From contig NC_069000.1 in the NCBI RefSeq assembly GCF_001194135.2, positions 36,258,555 through 36,295,433 of the forward strand: 36,879 bases of DNA. The letters run 5' to 3'. Under the pieces are notes generated by a model. It did not search any database, was not told where the DNA came from, and worked only from the letters and a program-made list of their open reading frames with translations. Origin of the DNA: Octopus bimaculoides (lineage: Eukaryota). Made by a program: the position numbers and the translations under genes. Shown piece by piece: positions 1 to 11,329 of the stretch. Within the stretch, counting starts at the first letter, position 1, and every line of letters starts with the position of its first letter.

Positions 1-29
1 ATATATATTTAAGTTAAAAAAAACAATAA

Positions 30-240
30 CAAAAAAGCAACAAAGTGAGGACGTGATATGGATAGTGTTATTGGACGCTCAGGAAAGGAAAGAGAGAGTG
101 TATGACGTTTCGGGCATAGCCCTTCGTCGGAAAGAGGGAAAGTTCGGAGAATGGAAGAACGGAGAAAGAGGAAAATAGTACCGATGCCTACGAGGTTACA
201 TTGTGAAAAGACCGGAAGAGGAGGTGGTGACAGCAATAGT
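30..240 (-). mobile_element. Penelope-like element terminal fragment with hammerhead-like motif
   Basis: Minus 130-104 reads CCGACGAAGGGCTATGCCCGAAACGTC, resembling the CTGANGA(A)-stem-GAAACGTC motif of Penelope-like elements; CpG-rich surroundings. Confidence 0.55.
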
Positions 241-478
241 GTGTGTGTGTGTGCACATGTGTCTGTGTGTGTGCATGTTTGTGACTGTACATACATGCAT
301 GTGTATGTGCACACGTGTGTATGTGTGTGTGTGTAAATAGTGTTTTTCATTGCAATACTGAAATATATTTTTGACATATTGTCCAATACTGTTAAGTTCT
401 TTTGATTTATTGATTTCTTTATCAATGCCTCTTGCTTAAATAATTATTCACAGCACATGCCTATGAGCACACTTATAA

Positions 479-821
479 AAAGGGCAAAACCCCCTTCAGT
501 CATGAATGACCAAGAGAATGCACCTAGGAACTTCCCCTCTGAGGCACAAGTCCAGGGCAAGGTTGTTTATGGAAGACCAGCAGTCACCCATGCATACCAG
601 CCTCCCCCTCTCTATACCTCTGTTGTTATCCAACAGAAAGGCAAAGGCCAATGCAGATTGGCACCTGTGACGTCGCAACTCATTTCTACAGCTGAGTAAG
701 CTGGAGTAATGTGAAATAAAGTGTCTTGCTCAAGAATACAATGCACAGCCCAGTCTGGGAATCGAACTCACTACTTCAAGATTGTGAGTCCGATGTTCTA
801 ATCACTTAGCCATGTGCCTTC
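479..821 (-). mobile_element. Full-length tRNA-derived SINE (CORE-like centre) with 16-bp TSD
   Basis: A box TGGCTAAGTGA and B box AGTTCGATTCC; central cttgagcaagacactttatttcac...cagctgtagaaatgag; perfect direct repeat ATGAGCACACTTATAA at 463-478 and 822-837. Confidence 0.85.
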
Positions 822-871
822 ATGAGCACACTTATAATGATCTGGAATTCATTTATACTTTGCCTTTGATT

Positions 872-911
<40 letters not shown>

Positions 912-1384
912 TGTGAGTGAATGAGATGATTCAGTTTTGTTTCAAGATTTCTTGCCTATAGCGAAAGAGCCAGTTTCTAACTAGGATCCAAGACTCCTTC
1001 ATTAGAATTTCAACGTCTACTGGGTATTTTTGCATGTATGTGTGTATATTTGCAGTATTTGGAGGCAGTTATGTATATATGTATGTATCTTGTCTGGGTG
1101 GGCTCTGTCTACCTTACACCAAACAGCACATCCTTGCTCAATCACCTAAACCAAGTGACATCATACTGATATTTTGGGGATTAAGCACAACGGTCTTAAA
1201 TTTTGAGGAGAACAAAATATGAAACTGCTACATTCATGCTTTTCCCAAGGACATTAGCTGCATCAGCAAAGTGAACTTGCCTCCATCAAGAACTGGAATC
1301 AGAATCAACTACCTTTTCCAAAAGCAGTATGGTGGCTTGTTCTCATTTTTGGTGTGTTTGTTTTGGTATCATATGTGATAGTGT

Positions 1385-1770
1385 GAAGGCACATGGCTTG
1401 GTGGTTAGAGTATTCAGCTCATGATAGTAAGGTCATGAGTTCGATTACTGTCAGTGTGCTGTGTCCTTGAGCAAGACACTTCATTTCACGTTGTTCCATT
1501 CCACTCAGCTGGCGAAAATGAGTGGCACCTGTAGTTCAAAGAGCCAGCCTTGTAACATTCTGTGTCATGCTGAATCTCTCCAAGACTTATGTTAAGGGTA
1601 CACATGTCTGTGGAATACCCAGACACTTGCACATTGATTTCACAAGCTCATTGATTTCACAAGCTCATTGATTTCACAAGCTCATTGATTTCACAAGCTC
1701 ATTGATTTCACATTGATTTCCATTGATCAGATCAGGAACCTTTGCTGTCATAACCAACAAAGTGCCATAT
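1385..1770 (+). mobile_element. tRNA-derived CORE-like SINE with internal 17-bp tandem array
   Basis: A box TGGCTTGGTGG and B box AGTTCGATTAC; CORE-like gtgtccttgagcaagacactt; 3' half shared with the SINE at 23600-23958. Confidence 0.8.
1632..1728 (+). repeat. 17-bp tandem repeat (CATTGATTTCACAAGCT)x4 plus partial units
   Basis: Four perfect units at 1632-1699, then truncated units. Confidence 0.95.
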
Positions 1771-2854
1771 GTGATAGGAAGTGTTCATAAAGTGACTGTA
1801 TAATGTTGTAACCATGAACTTTTTAACTGATTCTTGTTCTACATGCATATTCTAAATCTATTTCAGTTTGTGCCAAGAAAACTTGGAATCATTTCCCTCT
1901 TTAAAAGATCCACAAGCAATTTAAGTAACTCAAAAGACAGCGGTCAGTTTTATGCATCAAAGAAATATATCTTCAATTTTTTAATATGGAAGACAATGCC
2001 TATTATCTCCAAAAAACAAAAAGGGAAAAACTGGGTAGCTAAGTGTTGACCAATGTATTATTACAAATCTTAAATGAATGTAAATGGTATTGTATATTTT
2101 AAAGGTGAAATATCTTCTTTTCATAATAATTCATTCTGCCTTCTATTCCATGATGTGTTATGCAGACAAACCACACCGATTTAATGTTTTTTATACTTTG
2201 TTCTATGTATGAGACAAACTTCTTGTTTTAAAATCATCTAAAATAAAACCTCCCACGAAAACTTTATATTAATTCATCACGAAATGTTAGTGTCAAGTAG
2301 TGTTTAGGCATTCTCTATGGTAGCTGCAATGAATTTGCCTTTTAGCAGTTGAAATATGTCACAAACATATTAATTTATGTTTCAAACACCAGCTCAATAA
2401 GGACAAAGTTATTTTACTAAATTTTCCACTATTTTCAAAATTAAGTGAACCAAATGCAGTATATTTCAATAGAAATATGGTAACAAAATGGTTGATAGCT
2501 ATGAATTCATCTAATCCTTTTGTCCACACATACATCCCTAAATCATCTTGTTATCTCGCACAGTTTCCAAAACACTGATCTAAGTGTTTTGCATTGTTTA
2601 TCAGAGATTAAATTCACCAGCGCAGTTAATCTGACTAATTCTCAGTGATCAAATTTCCACCTATGCAAATTTAAATTCAATTTGATTAATTTTCAACCGA
2701 GAGCTAGGTATAAACTTGACATCACTGGATGTCAACTGACAAGCTGAATGGTCAATGTTTTGTACCCTATTGCTAGCAATGTGCCTTGTCTGTTTCTCTG
2801 ACTATTACTGTCTCAAGGCCTAGGACTCATAGAGCCAGTTAACGCCAGTCCATC

Positions 2855-2990
2855 ACAGAGTTACTCATTTGCAGTCGAGTGATCCAGTCCACTCAGCTGT
2901 AAATGAAGTATTTTGCTCAAAAAGACAACACATAACCTAATCTAAGAATTGAAACCACAATCATGCAGTTATGACCACTGGGCCACACAT
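2855..2990 (-). mobile_element. Degenerate CORE-like SINE fragment
   Basis: Similar to the SINEs at 479-821 and 8885-9050. Confidence 0.55.
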
Positions 2991-3174
2991 TTTCAATGTC
3001 TGTATCTATGACCCTTTAATTCTTACTGGCCCAGCCATTTAGATGTGGAAAATATTAAGCCAACAAAAGACAAAATATATACTATATTTATAATGATTAG
3101 GTCTTTTGCCTGTTGCTATGCTATCAGTAAAATTATATGTTAATCATGCATATACCGTCTTTTAATAGTAGACT

Positions 3175-4089
3175 GTTATATAGTGAAAGTCTTGTTACTG
3201 TGGTGACAACAGCCTACCTCTCTATATTTCACACACACACACACTCTCTCTCTCTCTCTCCCTTCTCTCTCTCTCTCCCTTCTCTCTCTCTCTCCCTCCC
3301 TTCTCTCTCTCCCCCTCCCCTCTCTCTCTACCTATCTCTCTCTCCCTCCCTTCTCTCTCCCCCTCCCCTCTCTCTCTACCTATCTCTCTCTCCNNNNNNN
3401 NNNCCCTCTCTCTCTACCTATCTCTCTCTCCCTCCCCTCTCTCTCTCTACCTATCTCTCTCAACTATGACACCAAGAACCTGTTTTTTTTCTTGAAACAA
3501 ACTTTGATTATATCTTTCACACACACACACACACACATACACACGCACGCACACACACACACACGCACGCACGCACACACACACACACACACACTCTTTC
3601 TCTCTCTCTCAACAACAACAACAACAACAATCTATTATTATAGTGAAAGTCTGTGTTGCTTCGTCTATATGTTGAATGACATACAGAAATACATGCACAC
3701 ACACACACACACAACCAAAAACAATAACTATTTACAGTGTTATATTCCGAAAGTCTTTTTTTTTTTTGAAGCTGTGTTGTGTTGCATTGTCTCTATGTTG
3801 AAAGTCACACACACACACCCAAACAAGCAAAAAAATGACTATCTACATTGTCATATAGTGAAAATTTTTTTTGTTTTTTAAGCTGTATTGTGTTGACAGA
3901 CTTGCACTTAAAATTCCTGCGTTTTTTTAATCAAAACTTGTTAGTTACTATGGTGACAACACTGCCTATCTATCTATCTACCTACCTATCTATTTATCTA
4001 TCTATCTATCTATTAATCTATCTATCTATCTATCTATTAATCTATCTATCTATTAATCTATCTATCTATCCATTTATCTATCTTTCACA

Positions 4090-4140
<51 letters not shown>

Positions 4141-4245
4141 TGTATTTCTCAACAACTTTTTTCTTTTAAAAATATATTGTGATGTATATTTCGATTCCTC
4201 CTCTTCTTTCACTCCCTCCAATAGACAGACAGACAGACAGAGACC
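3175..4245. repeat. Compound microsatellite region: (CT)n, (CA)n, (CAA)n, (TCTA)n, (GACA)n with duplicated spacers
   Basis: Seen directly in the sequence. Confidence 0.9.
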
Positions 4246-5182
4246 TGCTTCTCTTTTATAAGATTTTTCAGAATTGTGCTTGCCTGTCTGTTGACCTGAA
4301 ACTGTACATTGAAACTGAATCAATTACATTGTGCAAGAGCCACTTTAACCATTTAAAACACACTAAGCTATTATATTCAATTTTCAATTTATCTTGTGAT
4401 GTTAATAATTTTCAACACATACCCACAACCCAGTTACTAGCATCTCCGTCGTCAAAATTTCTAGTGCACTGCAATGAAATAGTGCTGATGACTACATCAC
4501 AATATTACAATGAAAATCTGACACCTCACAAAGTAAATGAAAAGTGAACAGCTTTTGTTTTGCTCTGTCATGATCTAATTGCTTTATAAAAATTGTTGTA
4601 TTCTATATTAAACATAGAATCAGAATACATATATTCTCTATTTGCCACAAACAAGTTAAATTGACTGTGATATATCTGAATGGTTAGCAAGTTATTGGTG
4701 CAGAAAGGGCTTCAAGAAATGTTGCTCAGAATACAAAGAACTATTTTGGAACAGAAACAAACACAGCATTTTGCTAAGAGTGAACCTGCTGGTGGGCAGG
4801 GAAGTGCATATGTGTACACAAAATGTGTGCACATGCAAGTGAGTCTGCTTGTATATACAAAAGTGTATACACATATGTATGTGTACAAAGAATGTGTAGA
4901 CATGCAAGTGAATCTCCAAGTGAAATATATGCATGTGTTATATGTGTATATGATGTAACATTCTGATTGAAGGTAAGTTTGTTTTGGAGAACAATTTATA
5001 TGATTTGTGTGAAGGAGTTAAATTCTGTTGCAAAAATATATCTCAAAAGGGCTGTGAAACTGTAGGGTGTTGACTGTAAGTCTGGGGCTGTATGAGGTTT
5101 GTCTTTTGATTGGTTAGGAAGAATTCATGGAATTAATCCAGATGCAAGTTAAATTTATCAGTGTAACTTCGCATTGCTTGCA

Positions 5183-5405
5183 TACAAAGGGGTTCTGAAA
5201 AGTTCCTGGCTTTGGGTAAAAGAAAATACTGGAGGATCAGTTAATTATGATTTTATTGAACATATTCCTCTGTAAGTAAGATTCATGCACTTATTGCAGT
5301 GGTCTTCAGTTTTTTAAGCCCTGTAAAAGAACTCGGAAGGTTGGGCATCCAACCAGGCCTTTTGTGATACTCTTAAAGCCAGGAACTTTTCAGCACTTTC
5401 TTGTA
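5183..5405. mobile_element. Tc1/mariner-type MITE (about 223 bp, TA ends)
   Basis: Left end TACAAAGGGGTTCTGAAAAGTTCCTGGCTTT versus reverse-complemented right end TACAAGAAAGTGCTGAAAAGTTCCTGGCTTT. Confidence 0.85.
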
Positions 5406-6224
5406 CCATGAATGTAGTTTACTTTTTATCTAGAAAGATTCTCTACAGAGGTAAATAGGTTAGAACAGCTGTAGTAAACAGTGTGTATTTTGTATATTTG
5501 ATATGTTACTACAGTATTTTCCAATCACATTTTGGCACAAAACCTATTAGTATATGATTTTTACAACAATCACAAAACTCATTCGTATATTTTACAGACA
5601 ACCCCCATTATCTTCATTTCAATAAGGCATTAAATTAGACAAAAATCATTTTAGAGAATTTATTTATATGAAAAGAAACATGTAATAATTTATTTTGAAA
5701 ACTGTGAATAACGAATAACATTTGTTTTATAAAATATATTTTTATTAAATTTTATTAAGACACCTCACAGAACTTCAGAAATTTTTTTCATAAAACGTTT
5801 GGCTTCTTCAGAATCCACTTTGGGAAATGCTGTTTTACAAACAATATTCCAAGGACAAACTTATTGTGGGAGGGTAAAACTAATTGAATTTCTTCACTAA
5901 TAATTACTGGTACTTCTTTATGAGGACAATTATGTAACATACCATAGAATTTATGGTTCAATAAACTCTATGTAAAAAACTTATTTCTGTGTTGTAAAAT
6001 AATTTCATGGTATACAACCCTAAAAAGGGAACGTAACTCTTTCTACTCTGGTACAGTTAAAGCCAAATTGGCTGTGACCTAAGCAGGTTGGAATCTTGAT
6101 CATTTTGTTCTTCAACTCGTTTGTTCTCTCCAAGATTTCTATCCACAAATTTCCTTTAAAAATTGTTTAAGAACAAAGTTGAAAATGTTTCTCTAAATCC
6201 ATTATTTTTTTATGTTTTATTTGT

Positions 6225-6548
6225 TTCTGTCATTCAACTTCAGCCATGCTGGAGCACCACCTTGAAAAGCTTTAGTCAAACAAATTGACCCCAGTACTTA
6301 TGTTTTAAAGTCTGGTGCTTATTCTATAAGTCTCTTTTGCTGAACTGCTAAGTTACAGGGATGTAAATGAACCAACACCAGTTGTCAAACAGTGAGGAGA
6401 CAAACACAAAGACACACACATGTATGACAGCTTTCTTTCAGTTTCTGTCTACCAAAACCATTCACAAGGCTTTGATCAGCTCAGGGCTATTGTAGAAGAC
6501 ACTTGCCCAATGTGCCACACAGTGGGACAGAACCGAGAACCATGTGGT
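6225..6548 (-). mobile_element. tRNA-derived SINE, same family as 28621-29004
   Basis: Shares ccatgctggagcaccacc, aagacacttgcccaa and the head sequence. Confidence 0.8.
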
Positions 6549-6839
6549 AAAATAGGAATCAAAGTGGTAAAATAGGAGTAAAATAGGAATCAAAGGGGTC
6601 CAAAGATAAAGAAAATGCTATGATAATTCTCTTGGCCCAAATAACAAAAAACTATACAGTTGAAATACAGCATACCTATAATGTAATTTATATATGATAA
6701 ACTTATGGTTTCTTACTTTCCAGTGTTCTGTCACAGAATCATACATTTTTCCTTACCAAATATACTTATAAAATAGGGGTGCATCTTATGTGAGAGAGTG
6801 TGGGTACAGACATGTCATCCATCTCCAACTAGATCATTC

Positions 6840-7030
6840 TACCAGGGCTTTACAGTCATTTGAAAGAGCAGTTGTGGGCTGCAAGAGACCTCATGGGAGG
6901 TTCCACATCAGATGACTGGACATGATTGGGGAAGATCTCCAGAGGCTCAATGTGACTTTGGAAGATACAGAGGGGCTGGCATGGGATTGCCAGTAATGAG
7001 AGCACTGGTAGACCTGGTTGACCCTATGCA
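6840..7030 (+). mobile_element. RTE-clade LINE C-terminal remnant
   Basis: Translates to VVGCKRPHGRFHIR*LDMIGEDLQRLNVTLEDTEGLAWD, resembling the RTE motif G.RPRGRP..RW.D.I..DL; contains stops. Confidence 0.65.
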
Positions 7031-7377
7031 TGATGAAATCTCTGGAACCACTAACTTGGGATGACCCCAACCTCATCAAAACAAGAAGTAACAGCATGAC
7101 TCAAGGACCAAGAGCTTCGTGCATTTGCACTTATCAAGTGACAAATGCCAATGTGTAAAACTCTTAACCTTTGAGTTGCTCGATAACATCTGTCATGTAT
7201 AAAGAATACAAATATATATATGGTCTATAAAGCCATGGAAGTACATAAAAGCAGAAACAGCTGGACCATCTGGGACAACCACTGAGATGTTAGCAATATC
7301 CAATGAGGTAGGATGCATTTTAGAGACTTGTAAAAATCAGTTACAATAATACTGCTACACAGACAAAGACTCTCTAT

Positions 7378-7575
7378 AACAGTGGTTCTCGACTATTTTT
7401 TTACCAATGGACCCCTTTGATTACTATTCTATTCTGATGGATCCCCATAAGCCATTCGATGTTTAAAAGCTAGTCTTACAAATTCTTCTTTCAAAATTCC
7501 TATTTTGCTTTATCACAAATTAATTTGTGTAGGTTGAACTATGTAAAATGTTTAAGAAAGAAATTTAGCTGTTTC
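7378..7575 (+). mobile_element. hAT-like left-end fragment (related fragment at 31933-32008)
   Basis: Begins CAGTGGTTCTCGAC, versus TAGTGGTTCCCAAC at 31933, with shared tggacccc...atagccatt; no right TIR seen. Confidence 0.45.
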
Positions 7576-7584
7576 TACCAGGAG

Positions 7585-7900
7585 CAACAGCCATTACACT
7601 TTCTGGCTGGATTCCCAAGCATCACCAACTGAGACTATGAATATTATCCAACCATTTCATTCTTGGTCTACCTGTAGTTCTCCCGCAAGTTAGCCCTGCT
7701 TGAAGAATCTATCTTGTGATCCCATTCTGTGACATTCTAATCAAATGTCTGTAGTGCCAGAACTGTGATCTCTCAATGCAGAGAAGTTACAGCTTTACCT
7801 AGAGAGACCCCTGATCTCCAAGCTATGAGTTAATCATGTCCTTTTATGCTTCCTAAAAGAAAAAAAGCTTTGGCTTTATGCTTAAGCAACTAAGGATCAG
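7585..7900 (-). mobile_element. RTE-clade LINE C-terminal remnant
   Basis: Translates to LCIERSQFWHYRHLIRMSQNGITR*ILQAGLTCGRTTGRPRMKWLDNI, resembling IERSQLRW.GH..RM...GRPR.RW.D.I. Confidence 0.7.
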
Positions 7901-8257
7901 GAATCATTCCTGAGTCCTCTTTCTTAGAGATCTTATATAAGAATCGATAAAAGCTGCATCTCAAAGATAAAACTAAACTTACTCTTTCTATAAATCATGC
8001 AGCTCTTTAGATATTGAAGAGAGTTAGAAACGAGCATGTTGCAATATTTGTAACAGCATGCCTTTAAAAGGAAGAAGAAAAAGAAAAAAAGAGAAATGGT
8101 TGTTTATTTTCGGGAGATAGATTATAAGTAATTGTTTTGTCACAGTTTCTCTTACATATATCTTGATGACAGCTGCAACAGACAGTGCGAGATATGACAG
8201 AGGAGGAAGAGATCAATACTCTATATATATGCACACACACACACACATGAATGTCAA

Positions 8258-8715
8258 TTAACCCTTTAGCATTTATATTATTCTGTCGAATGTAATGCTT
8301 ATTTATTGATACGGCTTTGAATTAATCATACATTAACTTGTAGCTTCAAGTTTTTGATGATGTACTTGCTTATTTTTATAATGACATTGTAGGGCAGGTG
8401 TGAGAGACCAGATCTCACCACTTTGAATGTAAAATATTGGGTTGTCTAGAAAGTTCATGCCGATTTATAGTAGCTTACCTTTCGACTTATTTGCCATGAG
8501 ACAACCTCAATTTAGGGAAGAGGGTATTTTCTAGTTAAAGGGAAGATGGAGATGCATTGTGTAACAAAATGATTCATATTTGGTTGATTAAAAATGTAAT
8601 GGCAAGTATTTATTGACCTTTTTCTTTCCTTTAAAAATCGGCACGAACTTTCCGGACAACCCAATAGATAGAATATTTGAGCCAGATGTGGCCTGTTTAA
8701 TTGCTAAAGGGTTGA
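8258..8715. mobile_element. piggyBac-like (TTAA) MITE interrupted by a mariner-type MITE
   Basis: TTAA-CCCTTTAGCA...TGCTAAAGGG-TTGA; an uninterrupted homologue is at 20295-20520. Confidence 0.8.
8435..8666. mobile_element. Mariner-type MITE (232 bp including TA TSDs)
   Basis: TIRs TATTGGGTTGTCTAGAAAGTTCATGCCGATTT and (reverse complement) TATTGGGTTGTCCGGAAAGTTCGTGCCGATTT, 29/32 identical. Confidence 0.9.
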
Positions 8716-8884
8716 AGGATAACTAACACGATGTATTTCAATGTTTCTTTGCAAATTGGGGTTTCAAACTTATACAGATGTTTAGCATCTTCATCAAGAC
8801 ATTAAAAAAATTCAGAACAACCAATGAGAAAAAAAGAGATGAGGATAAATACTGAAACATGAAAACTAGAGAGACTCATACAGC

Positions 8885-9050
8885 AGTTAAGGTCTGAGTC
8901 TTAGTGGTTAGGATGTTGCATTCAGATTGCAAGGTCATAGTTTCAATTCTTGGACCAGGTGGTGCATTGTGTTGTTGAATAAAACACTTCATTTCACATT
9001 GCTCCAGTCTGCTCAGCTGTAAATGAGTAACCCTGTAACAGACTGGCATC
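8885..9050 (+). mobile_element. CORE-like SINE 5' portion
   Basis: tRNA-like head then aacacttcatttcacattgctccagtctgctcagctgtaaatgagta. Confidence 0.65.
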
Positions 9051-9466
9051 CTGTTCTTTGAGAATGTTGTGATCTCAGTCACTTACAAGCCTTGGAAGTC
9101 AGGCAACCAGCCCAATGAGTTCTAGGACTCAAGACAGTAATATCCAGGGGTTGATTAAATAGAATATAGAAATCAATATGAGTCAATGAAAAATGTCAAA
9201 ACTAGGGTCAAAGGTCAAAGACAAAAATAAAATTGCTCCAATTCTTTCTAATTGACAAATGATGGATGGTTAGGTAGGACAAGCATTTATGTACTAGCTT
9301 AGATGTTTGAAGCTTTATAGATGTAGTGTACATTATACACACACACACACATCTTGTGTGACACTGGTGTATACATAAACTGGGCAGTAGTCAACTATTT
9401 AATTTATATAAGAATATATTGATTATACCTTTCATCTAAACACACACACGTATGTATGTATGTATG

Positions 9467-9519
<53 letters not shown>

Positions 9520-9785
9520 CAACTTTAAATAGAGCTCAAAATTGATCCGTTGAAAATACTTTATTACAACAACAATAACAATAATAATAACAAATAAATA
9601 GACCTATGTACATTTCGATAGAACATCCAGAATGATTAATACATATCATAAAATATTATAAAATATAGGATACTCCATCTCCTCAGGGTCCCATTATTAT
9701 TGCTATCATCACCGTCATTATTATTAGCAATACACATCCAATAAAAACAGAAACCATTCAAATCTAATTTTCATAGCTGACCCAT
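9520..9785 (+). repeat. 266-bp segment duplicated at 29801-30066
   Basis: By-eye alignment shows one mismatch; both copies follow (TA)n and run into an N gap. Confidence 0.92.
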
Positions 9786-10655
9786 GGAAATATNNNNNNN
9801 NNNNNNNNNNNNNNNNNNNNNNNNNNNNNNNNNNNNNNNNNNNNNNNNNNNNNNNNNNNNNNNNNNNNNNNNNNNNNNNNNNNNNNNNNNNNNNNNNNNN
9901 NNNNNNNNNNNNNNNNNNNNNNNNNNNNNNNNNNNNNNNNNNNNNNNNNNNNNNNNNNNNNNNNNNNNNNNNNNNNNNNNNNNNNNNNNNNNNNNNNNNN
10001 NNNNNNNNNNNNNNNNNNNNNNNNNNNNNNNNNNNNNNNNNNNNNNNNNNNNNNNNNNNNNNNNNNNNNNNNNNNNNNNNNNNNNNNNNNNNNNNNNNNN
10101 NNNNNNNNNNNNNNNNNNNNNNNNNNNNNNNNNNNNNNNNNNNNNNNNNNNNNNNNNNNNNNNNNNNNNNNNNNNNNNNNNNNNNNNNNNNNNNNNNNNN
10201 NNNNNNNNNNNNNNNNNNNNNNNNNNNNNNNNNNNNNNNNNNNNNNNNNNNNNNNNNNNNNNNNNNNNNNNNNNNNNNNNNNNNNNNNNNNNNNNNNNNN
10301 NNNNNNNNNNNNNNNNNNNNNNNNNNNNNNNNNNNNNNNNNNNNNNNNNNNNNNNNNNNNNNNNNNNNNNNNNNNNNNNNNNNNNNNNNNNNNNNNNNNN
10401 NNNNNNNNNNNNNNNNNNNNNNNNNNNNNNNNNNNNNNNNNNNNNNNNNNNNNNNNNNNNNNNNNNNNNNNNNNNNNNNNNNNNNNNNNNNNNNNNNNNN
10501 NNNNNNNNNNNNNNNNNNNNNNNNNNNNNNNNNNNNNNNNNNNNNNNNNNNNNNNNNNNNNNNNNNNNNNNNNNNNNNNNNNNNNNNNNNNNNNNNNNNN
10601 NNNNNNNNNNNNNNNNNNNNNNNNNNNNNNNNNNNNNNNNNNNNNNNNNNNNNNN

Positions 10656-10980
10656 GAAAGCGGACGTTAAACGATGATGATGATGATGATGATGATGATA
10701 TATATTCGAGCGAGATCGTTGCCAGTGCCCCTGGACTGGCTCTTGTGCGGGTGGCACATAAAAGACACCATTTCGAGCGTGGCTGTTTTCGTGCGGGTGA
10801 CACGTAAAAGCACCCACTACACTCTGAGTGGTTGGCGTTAGGAAGGGCATCCAGCTGTAGAAATTCTGCCAAATTAGATTGGAGCCTGGTGTTGCCATCC
10901 GGTTTCACCAGTCCTCAGTCAGATCGTCAAACCCATGCTAGCATGGAAAGCGGACGTTAAACGATGATGATGATGATGAG
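10656..10980 (+). mobile_element. Young RTE 3'-UTR/(GAT)n-tail element, two tails in tandem
   Basis: gaaagcggacgttaaac(gat)n occurs twice; central tggttggcgttaggaagggcatccagctgtag. Confidence 0.85.
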
Positions 10981-11329
10981 AGAGAGAGAGAGAGAGTAGA
11001 CACACAGGCTGTTTAGGCATATATATCGATGTATATATGTATATGTGTGTGTGTATATACATATATATGGAATAACACTAACAAGCTGAACTCATAATGG
11101 TTTGGTCCCATTTGACAATAAATACTCCACGATGTGTTACCTCTTACTGTGCAAGCAGTAAAACTGCTGTAAATTTAATAGATCTTGCTATACATCAAAG
11201 ACATGTAGAGCAAGAACAATATAGACTGACATGTCATGAAGCCTTGCTTTATTTTTATTTCATTATGTCTATTAATTTTTTAAAGTAAAAAAAAAAAAAA
11301 AAAAAAAAAACTTGTGTTCTGAGAGTGCT

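Noticed and set aside
1100-1380. Coding-looking stretch upstream of the SINE
   Set aside because: No frame gave a motif I could recognise and stops occur in all frames; possibly an old TE fragment.
1632-1728. Possible CRISPR-like array
   Set aside because: Units are contiguous with no unique spacers, lie inside a SINE, and the context is eukaryotic with no cas genes.
2160-2500. Possible degenerate TTAA-type MITE
   Set aside because: Only one plausible end is visible and it is too decayed to support.
4680-4958. 92-aa plus-strand ORF
   Set aside because: No recognisable domain or splice context; the 3' half is degenerate (TG/TA)n sequence.
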